63,289 bases of DNA, filler included, from Octopus bimaculoides (GCF_001194135.2; 5 parts of 5 records of this genome joined end to end with filler, not necessarily neighbours in it); one strand, 5' to 3'. Positions 13,228 to 25,804 are shown, numbered from the whole stretch's first letter. A program made the numbers and translations. Notes: a model not told the origin generated them from the sequence alone.

Positions 13228-15349
13228 CATGTGTACGTGAGAAAGAGAAAGAGGGAGTTAATGAATACATGAATGTAAATAAATGACTAGATACAAAATC
13301 ACACATCCCTACACCCACTCATGTACACCCTTATACATATTCATACTCTGCCCAACACTAACATACTTTCTCTCACTTAGTATCCATATGAACAGACGCA
13401 CACACACATATACACACATTTATACGTGTACGAATATGTACGAATGTGTATGTTTGCAAGTCTGTACGCTTGTTTAGGTTCTTGTTTCTATGTATTTGTG
13501 CGTGTGCGCTTGAGTATTTGCGCGTAGTGTTTGTATATGAATAATTTAAGACATACAAAAGTATATTCAACTTTTATAAATGACTATATATGATTTAACT
13601 TGTGTTATAGTTGTTCGTAGTTCCTGACAAAGCAATTCTATAATGTACACGTAGTCAACCGAAACCACATTCCATCAACCTATTTATACTACGCTTCTGC
13701 TTAACTGATGATCGTATGGTCAATACACCAAGATGGATTCAATGGAGTGTATCGCTTTATACTGGTCATATTGCGTTCTTTCACGTGCGCAATATCTATG
13801 CTCGTGCACCAGTAGCTGTGACCAATGTCTATGCTTGTGCACTAATAGCTGTGGCCACAAATGATACGGGTTAAAAAACCTTCGTCGTAGCTCACTGGTC
13901 TAAGCATAAGGGTATGTTAAGTTTATTATACTTAATCTTGTAAGCGCAAAATAATTTCTGTTAAGTAAAATTGCAGTGAAAATTCGGGTGAAAGACCTTA
14001 TATTTGAAATTAGCTATTTATGACATTTTTTTTGCCTTGATGAAACACGAACACTGATTTGTGAACTTATTTCCATAAAAAATGGCGCCCCTCATTCGTC
14101 CAGTATATTGTACTAATTTCAGTAGTCTCTGTACTTGCAAGGCTAGTGGGAGCGACAATTTTTCGTTAAAAAAAAAAACAAACATGAAAATAAAACACTT
14201 CAGTATCAGATAAAAATCACGAACTTTTCACAAAAAATATCTTGGATTATTTACATCCAAGAAATATTGGTTTGTCTTGATGATAATTTTGGAACTCAGT
14301 GAAGATGATCACGGTGTATTATTTCTGCACTGTTCCTATCAATATTTGTTTTTCTCCTTGTGATTGTTCCATGTATTTTTCGTCGCTTTGCATTTTTAAA
14401 CACTACCACCCATGTATGTTATAAATGATATTAAAAGTTCGTATTTAAATTCATATGCAATTCTCTTCCATGTATATGCTTGTGTGATTGTTTGTGATGT
14501 TTTTATTTTTATTTTGGAGGATGGTCACATTTGATAATCTCTTAGGTTGCTGGAAACAAAAAGACAGTAAATATTATAGTTGCTACTTTAAGCTTTGTAG
14601 CGTTCAACTTCGTTTCTATTTCATTTAAGTAGTGTTGGCGTAGTTATGCTGTGATATCTGGAGGCGGATTAAAGGACATAAATTTCATACCACTTACATA
14701 TAAGGTGTTTTGTAGGATCTATGTGTATACTATATATGAAGACGAAACAAATTAGGCTAGTAAAGAAGCATCTCTGATATATAAATTAATTTTAGAATAA
14801 ATTAATAAGGAATGCCTTTGTTAAGTACAGGGATAATCATGGATATGTTTTGGATCAATTAGAGTTCGTTAGCGAAATACATTTACTCCGACTAGGCAGA
14901 ATTTACAGGAAATGAAGTTCAAAGGGTGACATTAATGAATGTAAACTAGTGTGAAAATGTAAAACATTGATTGAGAGGGGGAACGTACAAGCATCTATTT
15001 TATAAAAGTTAATTTCGAGAGGTTTAGTATATTCAACAACTAATATAAAAACTATTAATTTTAATGATATACTAAAATAAAAAAAAATAATAAAAGTAAA
15101 TAAGAACAAACAACTTTGCTGAGAATATCCAGGAAACTATGTTCTACTAGTGAATATTTCTACTGAAAACAACACTTTTTACACAAAACAACTTTTTGAC
15201 TATATGACAGCGCTTGAAAACAAACATAATTTAATAATTAGAATAGCAATTTGTAAAGTTATCAAATATTTAGAAAGAAATCTATCTAGGTGAATTAACA
15301 TTAGTGATTATCCACAAGAAGCAAATTATCGAAACAACAATTTCAGAAA

Positions 15350-15353
15350 TCTG

Positions 15354-15422
<69 letters not shown>

Positions 15423-15500
15423 TTATCTATCTATCTGTCTGTCTGTCTGTGTTTCTGTCTGTCTGTCTGTCTGTCTGTATGTCTGTCTGTCTGTCTGTCT
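15350..15500. repeat. (TCTA)n/(TCTG)n microsatellite
   Basis: Direct read. Confidence 0.95.
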
Positions 15501-15567
15501 ATCACTCTGTCCACCTCGTCTCACTCTGTCAATCGATAGATGCGTATAACGTGTGTTTATATATATA

Positions 15568-15742
15568 GCCGCAGGAGTGGCTGTGTGTTAAGTAGTTTGC
15601 TTACCAACCACAGCGTTCTGGGTTCAGTCCCACTGCGTGTCTCCTTGGGTAAGTGTCTTCTACTATAGCCTCGGGCCGACCAAAGCCTTGTAAGTGGATT
15701 TGGAAGACGGAAACTGAAAGAAGCCAGTCGAATATATGTATA
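15568..15742 (+). mobile_element. SINE family A, 5' half (tRNA head plus CORE-like ccttgggcaag segment) running into a gap
   Basis: gccgcaggagtggctgtgtgttaag (A box), gggttcagtccc (B box), ccttgggtaagtgtcttctactatagc..ggaaactgaaagaagcc; matches the reverse complement of 29778-29939. Confidence 0.9.
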
Positions 15743-15842
15743 NNNNNNNNNNNNNNNNNNNNNNNNNNNNNNNNNNNNNNNNNNNNTTAATTAATTAANN
15801 NNNNNNNNNNNNNNNNNNNNNNNNNNNNNNNNNNNNNNNNNN

Positions 15843-16063
15843 TGGCCCTTTGAAATACAGGTACAACAGAAACAGGAAGAAAGAATGAGAGAAAGTTGTG
15901 GTGAAAGAGTACAGCAGGGGTCGCCACCATCCCCTGCCGGAGCCTCGTGGAACTTTAGGTGTTTTCGCTCAATAAATATTCACAACGACCGGTTTGGGAA
16001 TCGAAACCGCGATCCTACGACCACGAGTCCGCTGCTCTAACCACTGGGCCATTGCGCCTCCAC
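15843..16063 (-). mobile_element. SINE family C (tRNA-derived), 5' part
   Basis: Reverse complement gtggaggcgcaatggcccagtggttagagc (A box)..ggtttcgattccc (B box), followed by a non-tRNA body and no CCA; the 3' end is lost in a gap. Confidence 0.85.
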
Positions 16064-16992
16064 TACGCGACCTGTAATACCTTTAGGATGGTGTGCGTTA
16101 TGAATTGTGAACAGCTTCGGGGATAATGTCAAGTAGTATTTGTTCCGGATGTTAAGATTCTGTGTTCAAATTCCGCTGAAGTCAACTTTGTGTTCCATCT
16201 TTTCGATATTAACTAAGATCAATGGCATATTGTGAATATGATGTAATGGAATGATATGGGCTTTTTAAGGATTAGATGATTAAATCTATTTCAAATCCTC
16301 TCTATTCTGTGCTCAATTTCTGCCGCAGCCGATTCAGCTTTCATTCGTCTTTAACCAATAGATCAATTTATCTGATAGATTAATTTATCTCCTAGATTAA
16401 TTACCAGTTCATGTGCAGAGATTAATTTAAAATACTAAGACCATCTTCAATAAAATATACGATCCTGAATCAATAGAAGATTTTGTACTCGTTGCTGCAG
16501 CAGTAGCTGATGTTTCTTTTACTACAAATTTCTGTTACTCTTGCTGTCTGTGAAACGGCTTGGAAAACAAATAAAATAAAAAACATTAAAGTGGAGAAAT
16601 GGATGAAAATGGTTTGGTAAATAGTTTGGGAGGTGTCATATTTCATGTGGTTAACAGAAGCTATGAAATATTTCTTGGTATTATTCATAGAAGATCCGAT
16701 AAAACACATTATACACTATTATGACACATATCGTATATGAATGAATGATAAGACATTTAGATATTAAGGCTTGGTTTCTTTGTTTGTTATGGATTCTGTT
16801 GCTTGTATCTTCATCCATGTACAATGAGTTTAAAATGCTCAATTCCCAAAGTTATGTTATGGTTTCCACGTAAGATTTGTTATCAAAGTATTATAGTTTT
16901 AGAAGTTTTTTATGCTGGATATTCATATATGCATACATGCACACACAAACACACACACACACATACACACACACACGCACACACATACACAC

Positions 16993-17062
<70 letters not shown>

Positions 17063-18067
17063 NNNNNNNNNNNNNNNNNNNNNNNNNNNNNNNNNNNNNN
17101 NNNNNNNNNNNNNNNNNNNNNNNNNNNNNNNNNNNNNNNNNNNNNNNNNNNNNNNNNNNNNNNNNNNNNNNNNNNNNNNNNNNNNNNNNNNNNNNNNNNN
17201 NNNNNNNNNNNNNNNNNNNNNNNNNNNNNNNNNNNNNNNNNNNNNNNNNNNNNNNNNNNNNNNNNNNNNNNNNNNNNNNNNNNNNNNNNNNNNNNNNNNN
17301 NNNNNNNNNNNNNNNNNNNNNNNNNNNNNNNNNNNNNNNNNNNNNNNNNNNNNNNNNNNNNNNNNNNNNNNNNNNNNNNNNNNNNNNNNNNNNNNNNNNN
17401 NNNNNNNNNNNNNNNNNNNNNNNNNNNNNNNNNNNNNNNNNNNNNNNNNNNNNNNNNNNNNNNNNNNNNNNNNNNNNNNNNNNNNNNNNNNNNNNNNNNN
17501 NNNNNNNNNNNNNNNNNNNNNNNNNNNNNNNNNNNNNNNNNNNNNNNNNNNNNNNNNNNNNNNNNNNNNNNNNNNNNNNNNNNNNNNNNNNNNNNNNNNN
17601 NNNNNNNNNNNNNNNNNNNNNNNNNNNNNNNNNNNNNNNNNNNNNNNNNNNNNNNNNNNNNNNNNNNNNNNNNNNNNNNNNNNNNNNNNNNNNNNNNNNN
17701 NNNNNNNNNNNNNNNNNNNNNNNNNNNNNNNNNNNNNNNNNNNNNNNNNNNNNNNNNNNNNNNNNNNNNNNNNNNNNNNNNNNNNNNNNNNNNNNNNNNN
17801 NNNNNNNNNNNNNNNNNNNNNNNNNNNNNNNNNNNNNNNNNNNNNNNNNNNNNNNNNNNNNNNNNNNNNNNNNNNNNNNNNNNNNNNNNNNNNNNNNNNN
17901 NNNNNNNNNNNNNNNNNNNNNNNNNNNNNNNNNNNNNNNNNNNNNNNNNNNNNNNNNNNNNNNNNNNNNNNNNGTGTCTGTGTGTGTGTGTGTCTGTGTG
18001 TGTCTGTGTGTCTGTGTGTGTGCGTGTGTGTGTGTGTGTGCGCGTGCGTGCGTGCGTGTGTGTGCTT

Positions 18068-18260
18068 GTGTGTCTGAGTTTGTCCACCCACCATTGCTTG
18101 ACTACCGATGCTGGTGTGTTACGTCCTTGTAACTTAGCGGTTCAGCAAAAAGAGACCGATAGAATAAGTAACAGGCTTACAAAGAATAAGTCCTGGGATC
18201 GATTTGTTCGACTTAAGGCGGTGCTCCAGCATGGCCGCAGTCAATTGACTGAAACAAATA
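18068..18260 (+). mobile_element. SINE family A, 3' half with RTE-like tail
   Basis: tttgtcc..cttgactaccgatgctggtgtg..gatagaataagta..ggcggtgctccagcatggccgcagtc..tgactgaaac; same as the reverse complement of 44673-44880; preceded by (TG)n. Confidence 0.9.
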
Positions 18261-18620
18261 GTCTAAATTACACAAAAATGAAAATAACACTGACATCTCA
18301 TTTTAACAGTTATATTTACCAAAATTATATAAAAATATCTTGAAATACTAAAGAGTAAATTCATCCAATAAAATTGCCACTGGTTTTTAACCACGGCCTC
18401 CAGACAACATAAGAATCTCCTGCAATTCTTTTGGACGGTCTCCTTGTTTGAGTTGATCAATGCTGCCATAATCCTAGCCTTCAGTTCATCGTTGGTGTTA
18501 CAAGGAGTTTTGTTGGTCTCTCGCTTTACTACGACCCACACATAATAATCAAGAAGGTTGCAGTCTGGGAAGTTAGGTGGCCAGATGTTAGGGGTGATAA
18601 GCTCGCAGAAATTGTTTGGG
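18261..18620 (-). mobile_element. Tc1/mariner (DD37D/maT-like) transposase C-terminal remnant
   Basis: ORF 18263-18688: IWPPNFPDCNLLDYYVWVVVKRETNKTPCNTNDELKARI, matching the WPPNSPDxNPLDY catalytic-end motif. Confidence 0.85.
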
Positions 18621-18909
18621 TTCTCTTGCTTATGTGGTATAGTGCAGAGTCTCGTGCGATGTAAATTTGAGGAAGCAAATCTGAGCACCTACTTCTAGCC
18701 TATTCATTGACCACTTAGAAGCGGGACTTTCATGGTTTTGTCTCCCAGTTCTAATATCCTGTTACATTTATGAGTAATTTTTGGTATTTAACGGTGAGAT
18801 TATTATCTCTATGACGTAAGAAAAGTTATTATAGACTAAAAACAGAACAACGCAATGCCAGAAGGACAGATAGAAATAATAGCACGGGTCACATTGGTGA
18901 TGTATGTGT

Positions 18910-19013
<104 letters not shown>

Positions 19014-19069
19014 GTGTGTCTGACTGTCTGTTTGTCTGAATGTCTGTATTTATGTAGATATGTATGTTA

Positions 19070-19101
<32 letters not shown>

Positions 19102-19378
19102 CATAGACGTATGTGTATGCATGCATGTAGGTATGTATGTATGGATGGATGTATGTATGTGTGTATGAATATACGCTTGTATGTATGTGTGCAAGTATGT
19201 ACGTATGTACGCCTATGTATTTCATATGTGTGTATATGTATATGCACGCATCTAAGTATATACGTGTATATGAATGTACCTATGTATGCTTTTATGTGTG
19301 TGTGTGAGTGTGTATGCATGTGTATGTGTGTATGTATATATGTGTCTGAGTATGTGTGTATATACATATATGTATGTA

Positions 19379-19430
<52 letters not shown>

Positions 19431-19834
19431 NNNNNNNNNNNNNNNNNNNNNNNNNNNNNNNNNNNNNNNNNNNNNNNNNNNNNNNNNNNNNNNNNNNNNN
19501 NNNNNNNNNNNNNNNNNNNNNNNNNNNNNNNNNNNNNNNNNNNNNNNNNNNNNNNNNNNNNNNNNNNNNNNNNNNNNNNNNNNNNNNNNNNNNNNNNNNN
19601 NNNNNNNNNNNNNNNNNNNNNNNNNNNNNNNNNNNNNNNNNNNNNNNNNNNNNNNNNNNNNNNNNNNNNNNNNNNNNNNNNNNNNNNNNNNNNNNNNNNN
19701 NNNNNNNNNNNNNNNNNNNNCATACATGCACACATTTTCGGTCGGAAGTTACAAAACTGAGTCGATGGCAGACAGTTTCGTGCATACCAGTTACGAAAGC
19801 TACGTAGTTAATGTATGTACGTATGTATGTAAGC

Positions 19835-19955
19835 GAGGCTGCGTGGTAAGACGTTTGCTTCCTAACCACGTGACTCTGGGTCCAGTTTCGCTGCGTGACA
19901 CCTTGAACAATTATCTTCTGTCACAACTCCGGGTCGACCAAGGTTTTGTGAAAGT
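19835..19955 (+). mobile_element. SINE family A, diverged 5' fragment
   Basis: ggctgcgtggtaagacgtttgcttcctaaccacgtg..ctgcgtgacaccttgaac..gggtcgaccaagg aligns with the family A head. Confidence 0.7.
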
Positions 19956-20433
19956 CAGATAGTTACAAAAAAAAACCTGCGAAAATTATCCTTTTTTTTT
20001 TTTTTTCAACTCATTGTTTTTCCTATGTAGTTGTATAATGAAAAGTTGAAAATTTACCAATGTTGTATCTTTAGTATGTATGCGGCATAGTCCAAAGAAT
20101 TCAAATATCCATTCTCAGAGAAAACACTGTAAGTCGGCTTACTGTGTTTTGTCGGAGGGCAGCTGTATAAGGGGATTGTTGTAGAATGAAAGAATGAAAA
20201 AATAAACAACTGGTATCGATTTAGATTATAACATCTATACATTTAATATAACTGCTGAGGTGCTACAATAGAGTAAAAAAAAGAAAGGAAGAAGCTGTGC
20301 AAATAGCTCTTACAGCTGTTTCAATAACGGATATGCAGATGGTACGTTTCTCAGCAAACGTTTCTCAGCTACCCATATAATAATGTCGAAAGTGATCTCT
20401 AATAAAATTCTCTACAATGGATCTACCTTATTT

Positions 20434-20537
20434 TCTCTCCGAAGATGGAATAGACCGCTGGTATATGGAGAGCGTATCTTAGTTTGGCTGGAGAAATGCA
20501 CAATATGCACATCTATTCCTGAAACAGCTATAGGAGA
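20434..20537 (+). ncRNA. Degenerate type I hammerhead ribozyme (PLE-type)
   Basis: tctct-CCGAAGA(U4>C)-tggaataga...tctattcct-GAAA-cagcta-TA-ggaga: stems I and II pair, stem III is a near-palindrome (acagctgt expected). Likely inactive. Confidence 0.5.
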
Positions 20538-20669
20538 CCTTCATACTTATTTTCTTCTTTCAACATTATTATAACAAATCGGCAATTATGTGTAAATATA
20601 TATATTTATGCGATAATCTAACCCAATACCAGTTGTTTGCCTGTTCGTGCTTTCTTTTTTACATACGCT

Positions 20670-20710
<41 letters not shown>

Positions 20711-21917
20711 TACATACATACATACATACATACGTACATATATATACAAATGTATATATATATATACACACATATATATATGTATATATATATATATATA
20801 NNNNNNNNNNNNNNNNNNNNNNNNNNNNNNNNNNNNNNNNNNNNNNNNNNNNNNNNNNNNNNNNNNNNNNNNNNNNNNNNNNNNNNNNNNNNNNNNNNNN
20901 NNNNNNNNNNNNNNNNNNNNNNNNNNNNNNNNNNNNNNNNNNNNNNNNNNNNNNNNNNNNNNNNNNNNNNNNNNNNNNNNNNNNNNNNNNNNNNNNNNNN
21001 NNNNNNNNNNNNNNNNNNNNNNNNNNNNNNNNNNNNNNNNNNNNNNNNNNNNNNNNGCAAAGTTGTTAATGTTGGGGAGGGGTATATTTTAATTAGCATT
21101 GACTTTCTTTCGGAGATGTAGTTTTCGTTATTTAATTCCACTAAAGAAAGACAATAACCAAAAACAGAAAATAAATAAATAAATAAATAAATAAATTCAA
21201 AAAAATAAAATACCCCTTTCTTCTCCCTTGGGGTTACTTTATTTTAAAAAGCAACTAAAACAATGCGTCTACGTCAAGGAACATGTGTTAAGCATTTCAA
21301 ACATTCAGTCGCTATAAATATAAACATTTTTTTAGACATCTATGCTGTTATGACTTTTGTTTTTTTTTTCTTTTGTCCCCTCCACCGCTTTTGTTTCATT
21401 TAAATCATTTATCTATCTATTTTAATCTTTTTTATATATATTTATACCTTTGTTTCTTTAACTTGCTTTTTTTTTCTTTGGGGATTTTTGCTCTCTTTTA
21501 CTTTTAAGTTCCTTTTTTTATATTTTGCTTTCGTTATTACCGAGTGTTCAGGATTTAATGACATCTGCGCTGCTTATAATTTATGACTCTAATATAAATC
21601 TTTTCTCCTTTTTCTTTTGACTTTTAAAATCGGGAGTGTAATTATGTTAGTATTTTAAGTATGTAAACTTAGCAGTGTTAAAAATTCCATTTTGAAAAAA
21701 ATCCGGTGCGTTTCAATTGTTTTTTTATTCGAGTCCTTTTTGTTATTGTTGTTGTTTTTAACAGTGATTTTATTACTTGTCATGTTTTGTTGTTTTTTTT
21801 TAGGGGTTTTTTTTTTTTTGGCGACACTTTCAAAAATCGCATTTAAATTTCGGTGAGTTGGTGGGTAAGGTGTTACAACTTTTAAAAACTTGTTATATTA
21901 TGATATAAGCAACCTAT

Positions 21918-23080
21918 AAAGCGGTGAGCTGGTAGAACCATTAGCACATCGGACAAAATGCTTAGCGGCATTTCGGTCATCTTCATGCTCCGAGTTAAAA
22001 TTCAGTCGAGGTTGACTTTGCTTTCATTCTTTCGGGGTCGCTAAAATAAGCATCATTTGAACAATAGAGCTGATGTAATCGATTTACTTCCTTCCTGGAA
22101 ATTTCTGGCTTTGTGCCAGAATTTGAAACCAATATTATAAGCAACCGCCGAGGTCGGCTTTGCCTTTCATCCTTTCAGGGTCGATTAAATAAGTACCAGT
22201 TACGCGCTGGGGTCGATGTAATCAACTTAATCCCTTTGTCTGTCCTTGTTTGTCTCCTCTATGTTTAGCCTTCTGTGGGCAATAAAGAAAGAAATATTAT
22301 AAGCAACCTATGAAGGCAACGAGCTTGGCAGAACCGTTAGCCCGTTGGATAAAATGCTTAGCGATATTTCATACAGTTCTTTGCGATCTGAGTTCAAATT
22401 TTGCCGATGTCGATTTTTACCTTTCATTCTTTTGGTTTCGATTAAATTAAAACCTGTTGAGCACATGTAACAGNNNNNNNNNNGGGTCGATTAAATAAGT
22501 ACCAGTTACGCGCTGGGGTCGATGTAATCAACTTAATCCCTTTGTCTGTCCTTGTTTGTCTCCTCTATGTTTAGCCTTCTGTGGGCAATAAAGAAATAGA
22601 TATATTATTCTAAGGAGGGCGGTGAGCTGGCAGAATCATTAACACGCTGGGCGAAATGCTTAGTGGTATTTCGTCTGCCGTTATGTTCTGAGTTCAAATT
22701 CTACTGAGGTCGACTTTGTTTTTCATCCTTTCGGGGTCGATTAAATAAGTACCAGTTACGCACTGAGGTCGGTGTAATAGACTTAATCCCTTTGTCTGTC
22801 CTTGTTTGTCCCCTCTATGTTTAGCCCCCTGTGGGCAATAAAGAAATAAATATATTATTCTAAGGAGTAAGCTGGCAGAATCGGGAGCATATCGGACAAA
22901 ATGCTCAGCGGCATTTTTGCCAATTCTTTACGGCCTGAGTTAAAATCTCGCCGAGGATAGGTCGGTTTTACTTCTTATCTTTTTGTGGTCGGTAAAATGG
23001 GCTCCGGTTGAGCACAAGGGCTCGTGTAACCGACTTACCCACTTTCCCTAAAATCGCTGAGCTGTGTCAATATTTGAAAC
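21918..23080 (+). mobile_element. Head-to-tail cluster of about 6 SINE family B copies
   Basis: Copies at about 21918-22133, 22146-22295 (5'-truncated), 22312-22473, 22484-22600 (truncated by gap), 22618-22850 (full length) and 22868-23080; junction sequences tataagcaacc and tatattattctaaggag recur. Confidence 0.9.
22618..22850 (+). mobile_element. Full-length young SINE B with 17-bp TSD
   Basis: Flanked by identical tatattattctaaggag at 22601-22617 and 22851-22867; A and B boxes intact; tail gcaataaagaaataaa. Confidence 0.9.
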
Positions 23081-23511
23081 AATGACATAAGCTTTTGATA
23101 GTTATTAATTCCCGGCGATATATTATAAATTTACTTCTCGTCCGTTTACCCAGATCGATTTATATATCATGCTAGTCGTGATGCCAATCTTTATTTCAAC
23201 AATGGGCGAAGAGATAAAAAGTGCCGACACACTGGAATGCTCTGCGAGCTAACTTACATTTGTAGCAGTAACTACCTTGCGAACGACTCTGCGCACGCAG
23301 TACACTTTGACAAATAAAAATTGTACCACTTAGGTTTTGTGTGTGTATCTAATATATGTATGTGCTTATATTTTGTGTGTGTATCTAATATATGCATGTA
23401 CATATATTTTGTTTATATGTGCTTACGTGTATACATTCATATAGACATACAATGTATATACATACACATACATACAGGGTTGGCCAAAAGTCACCTGAGA
23501 GTAAATCAAAT

Positions 23512-24323
23512 GGATCTTGTTCAAAACGAGGGCACCAGTTTTCATTTATGTTTTATGTAGTGTTTTTGGTACCGAAAGACTTTCAAACTTCGTATACTTA
23601 TCTATTTTGTGTTATAGAACAGAAAAAAATTTTTGTATTCGAATTTATTTCATGTAAAAAATTGTCTTATTTCGATAATTTCTACTAATCACTGACGTCT
23701 ATTCAGTTGAAAACAGTTAGCGCTGTAACGGTGTATATCGTATTAATCCCCTAACCCTAACCCTAACCCTAACTAGACTGTTAACCCTAACCCTAACCCT
23801 AACCCTAAAACTAAAACTAACCCTAACTCTAGAATCCGAACTCTAAAATTGTTACACACATAGATACGCACAGCGTAATTCATTATATAAACAATATATG
23901 CGTATAAATTACGATTNNNNNNNNNNNNNNNNNNNNNNNNNNNNNNNNNNNNNNNNNNNNNNNNNNNNNNNNNNNNNNNNNNNNNNNNNNNNNNNNNNNN
24001 NNNNNNNNNNNNNNNNNNNNNNNNNNNNNNNNNNNNNNNNNNNNNNNNNNNNNNNNNNNNNNNNNNNNNNNNNNNNNNNNNNNNNNNNNNNNNNNNNNNN
24101 NNNNNNNNNNNNNNNNNNNNNNNNNNNNNNNNNNNNNNNNNNNNNNNNNNNNNNNNNNNNNNNNNNNNNNNNNNNNNNNNNNNNNNNNNNNNNNNNNNNN
24201 NNNNNNNNNNNNNNNNNNNNNNNNNNNNNNNNNNNNNNNNNNNTATGACACATTCTACCAGTGTCCCAAGTTTCAAAGTGTTTCGTTAAGAAAATACTGG
24301 TGCCCCCGTTTTGAACAAGATCC
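23512..24323. mobile_element. Non-autonomous TIR element with 28-bp TIRs, 8-bp TSD and internal telomeric repeats (Merlin-like or hAT/P-like)
   Basis: TIR ggatcttgttcaaaacg[a/g]gggcaccagt at 23512-23539 and 24296-24323 (1 mismatch); TSD aatcaaat at 23504-23511 and 24324-24331; part of the interior is an N gap. Confidence 0.85.
23749..23830 (-). repeat. Interstitial telomere-like (TTAGGG)n array
   Basis: Nine exact CCCTAA units in two blocks plus degenerate AACTAA/CTCTAA units. Confidence 0.9.
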
Positions 24324-24566
24324 AATCAAATTTCAAGATTAAAACAAAAAAATATTCTATATGAGACTTCGCTAATAAATAGAGATATCTTGAAGAAGAA
24401 AAAAAACGGTGATTTTAACTTACAGCACTCAATTATTAAACATTCATACTTGAAATGAATAAATAGAGTAGAACATTAAGTATTAACGGAATCTTGATTT
24501 ACTGGCGGGTGACTTTTGGCCAACCCTGTATATACACACGCGAGCTCAGACAAATACACGCACACT

Positions 24567-24605
<39 letters not shown>

Positions 24606-24980
24606 NNNNNNNNNNNNNNNNNNNNNNNNNNNNNNNNNNNNNNNNNNNNNNNNNNNNNNNNNNNNNNNNNNNNNNNNNNNNNNNNNNNNNNNNNNNNNNN
24701 NNNNNNNNNNNNNNNNNNNNNNNNNNNNNNNNNNNNNNNNNNNNNNNNNNNNNNNNNNNNNNNNNNNNNNNNNNNNNNNNNNNNNNNNNNNNNNNNNNNN
24801 NNNNNNNNNNNNNNNNNNNNNNNNNNNNNNNNNNNNNNNNNNNNNNNNNNNNNNNNNNNNNNNNNNNNNNNNNNNNNNNNNNNNNNNNNNNNNNNNACAG
24901 TCGCAGCAAACGCTGTTCTACCAACTACGACGAAGAAAACCTTTACGGGCGCAGATCCATGGTTTCGCCCTTATAACAGA

Positions 24981-25422
24981 TATCTTTTATCTTTTGCATG
25001 TTTCAGTCATTACACTGCGATCATGCTGGAGCACCGCATTGAAAAGCTTTTGGTCGAATGCATCGATTTCAGTACTTTTTTTTTTTTTTTGAAGCCTGGT
25101 AATTATTCTATCGGTCTGTTATGCCAAACCGCTAAGATACGGGAGCGTAATAAAACCAGCACCGGTTGTCAAGCGGTGCTGGGGTGGGGGACAAACAGAC
25201 ACAAACACACACACATATATACATACACACAAACGCATACATATATATATGTATATATACGACGGGTTTCTTCCAGTTTCCGTCTACCAAATCCACTCAC
25301 ATGGCTTTGGTCGGCCCAAGGATATAGTAGAAGACACTTGCCCAAGGTGCCACGCAGTGGGACTGAAGATGAAGCTATATGGTTGGGAAGCAAACTTCTT
25401 ACAACACAGACACGCTTGCGCC
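24981..25422 (-). mobile_element. SINE family A, full length, with internal microsatellite
   Basis: Reverse complement runs from ggcgcaagcgtgtctgtgttgtaag (head) through ccttgggcaag, a (TA)/(TG) tract at about 25195-25260, and the 3' module to tgactgaaacatgcaaaagataaaaga. Confidence 0.9.
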
Positions 25423-25712
25423 TTCTTACCACAGCCACGTCCAATATCTATCTATCTATAACTTTATAAATATAGGGTAAAAATTATCAAATAATTATTT
25501 ACCAATGGTTAGCATGCGTAATAAAAGTCAGAATACATAAATCGTTTTAAATATAATAGTGTATAAAACATACACGAAGAGAAAACAACCATGTGGATGA
25601 CTTACATGCTAAAAATGGCAGTCAAAGCCTGAAACCACGAAAGAATATTCTTACATTAAAGCACAACTGATTTGTACGCGAACAAGACATTCGAGTGAAT
25701 AAAACATAGTAA

Positions 25713-25804
25713 CCTTATACTTATGTTTGGCTATTACTGACCAAATAAATCAACTAATAAGATAATTAATTGACTATTTAATCATCCGTAACTCATCAGT
25801 AAGG
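25713..25804 (-). ncRNA. Type I hammerhead ribozyme, G12>C defective copy
   Basis: Reverse complement: cctta-CTGATGA-gtta...tagc-CAAA-cataag-TA-taagg. Stem I is a perfect 5 bp and the GUA cleavage triplet is intact, but GAAA is mutated to CAAA. Confidence 0.7.

Larger units (their letters stand above)
23475..24528. mobile_element. Tc1/mariner-type MITE (21-bp perfect TIR, TA target duplication) hosting a nested MITE
   Basis: cagggttggccaaaagtcacc at 23475-23495 and its exact reverse complement at 24508-24528; TA at 23473-23474 and 24529-24530. Confidence 0.9.

Noticed and set aside
13785-13860. Tandem dimer of about 31 bp (similar short dimers at 20344-20370 and 23336-23400)
   Set aside because: Two-copy local slippage duplications with no further structure.
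21918-23080. Regularly recurring repeats that superficially resemble a CRISPR array
   Set aside because: Units are 150-230 bp SINEs with Pol III boxes in a eukaryotic context; there are no unique spacers and no cas genes.
23749-23830. Telomere or chromosome-fusion scar
   Set aside because: Only nine units, and they are internal to a TIR element with an intact TSD.
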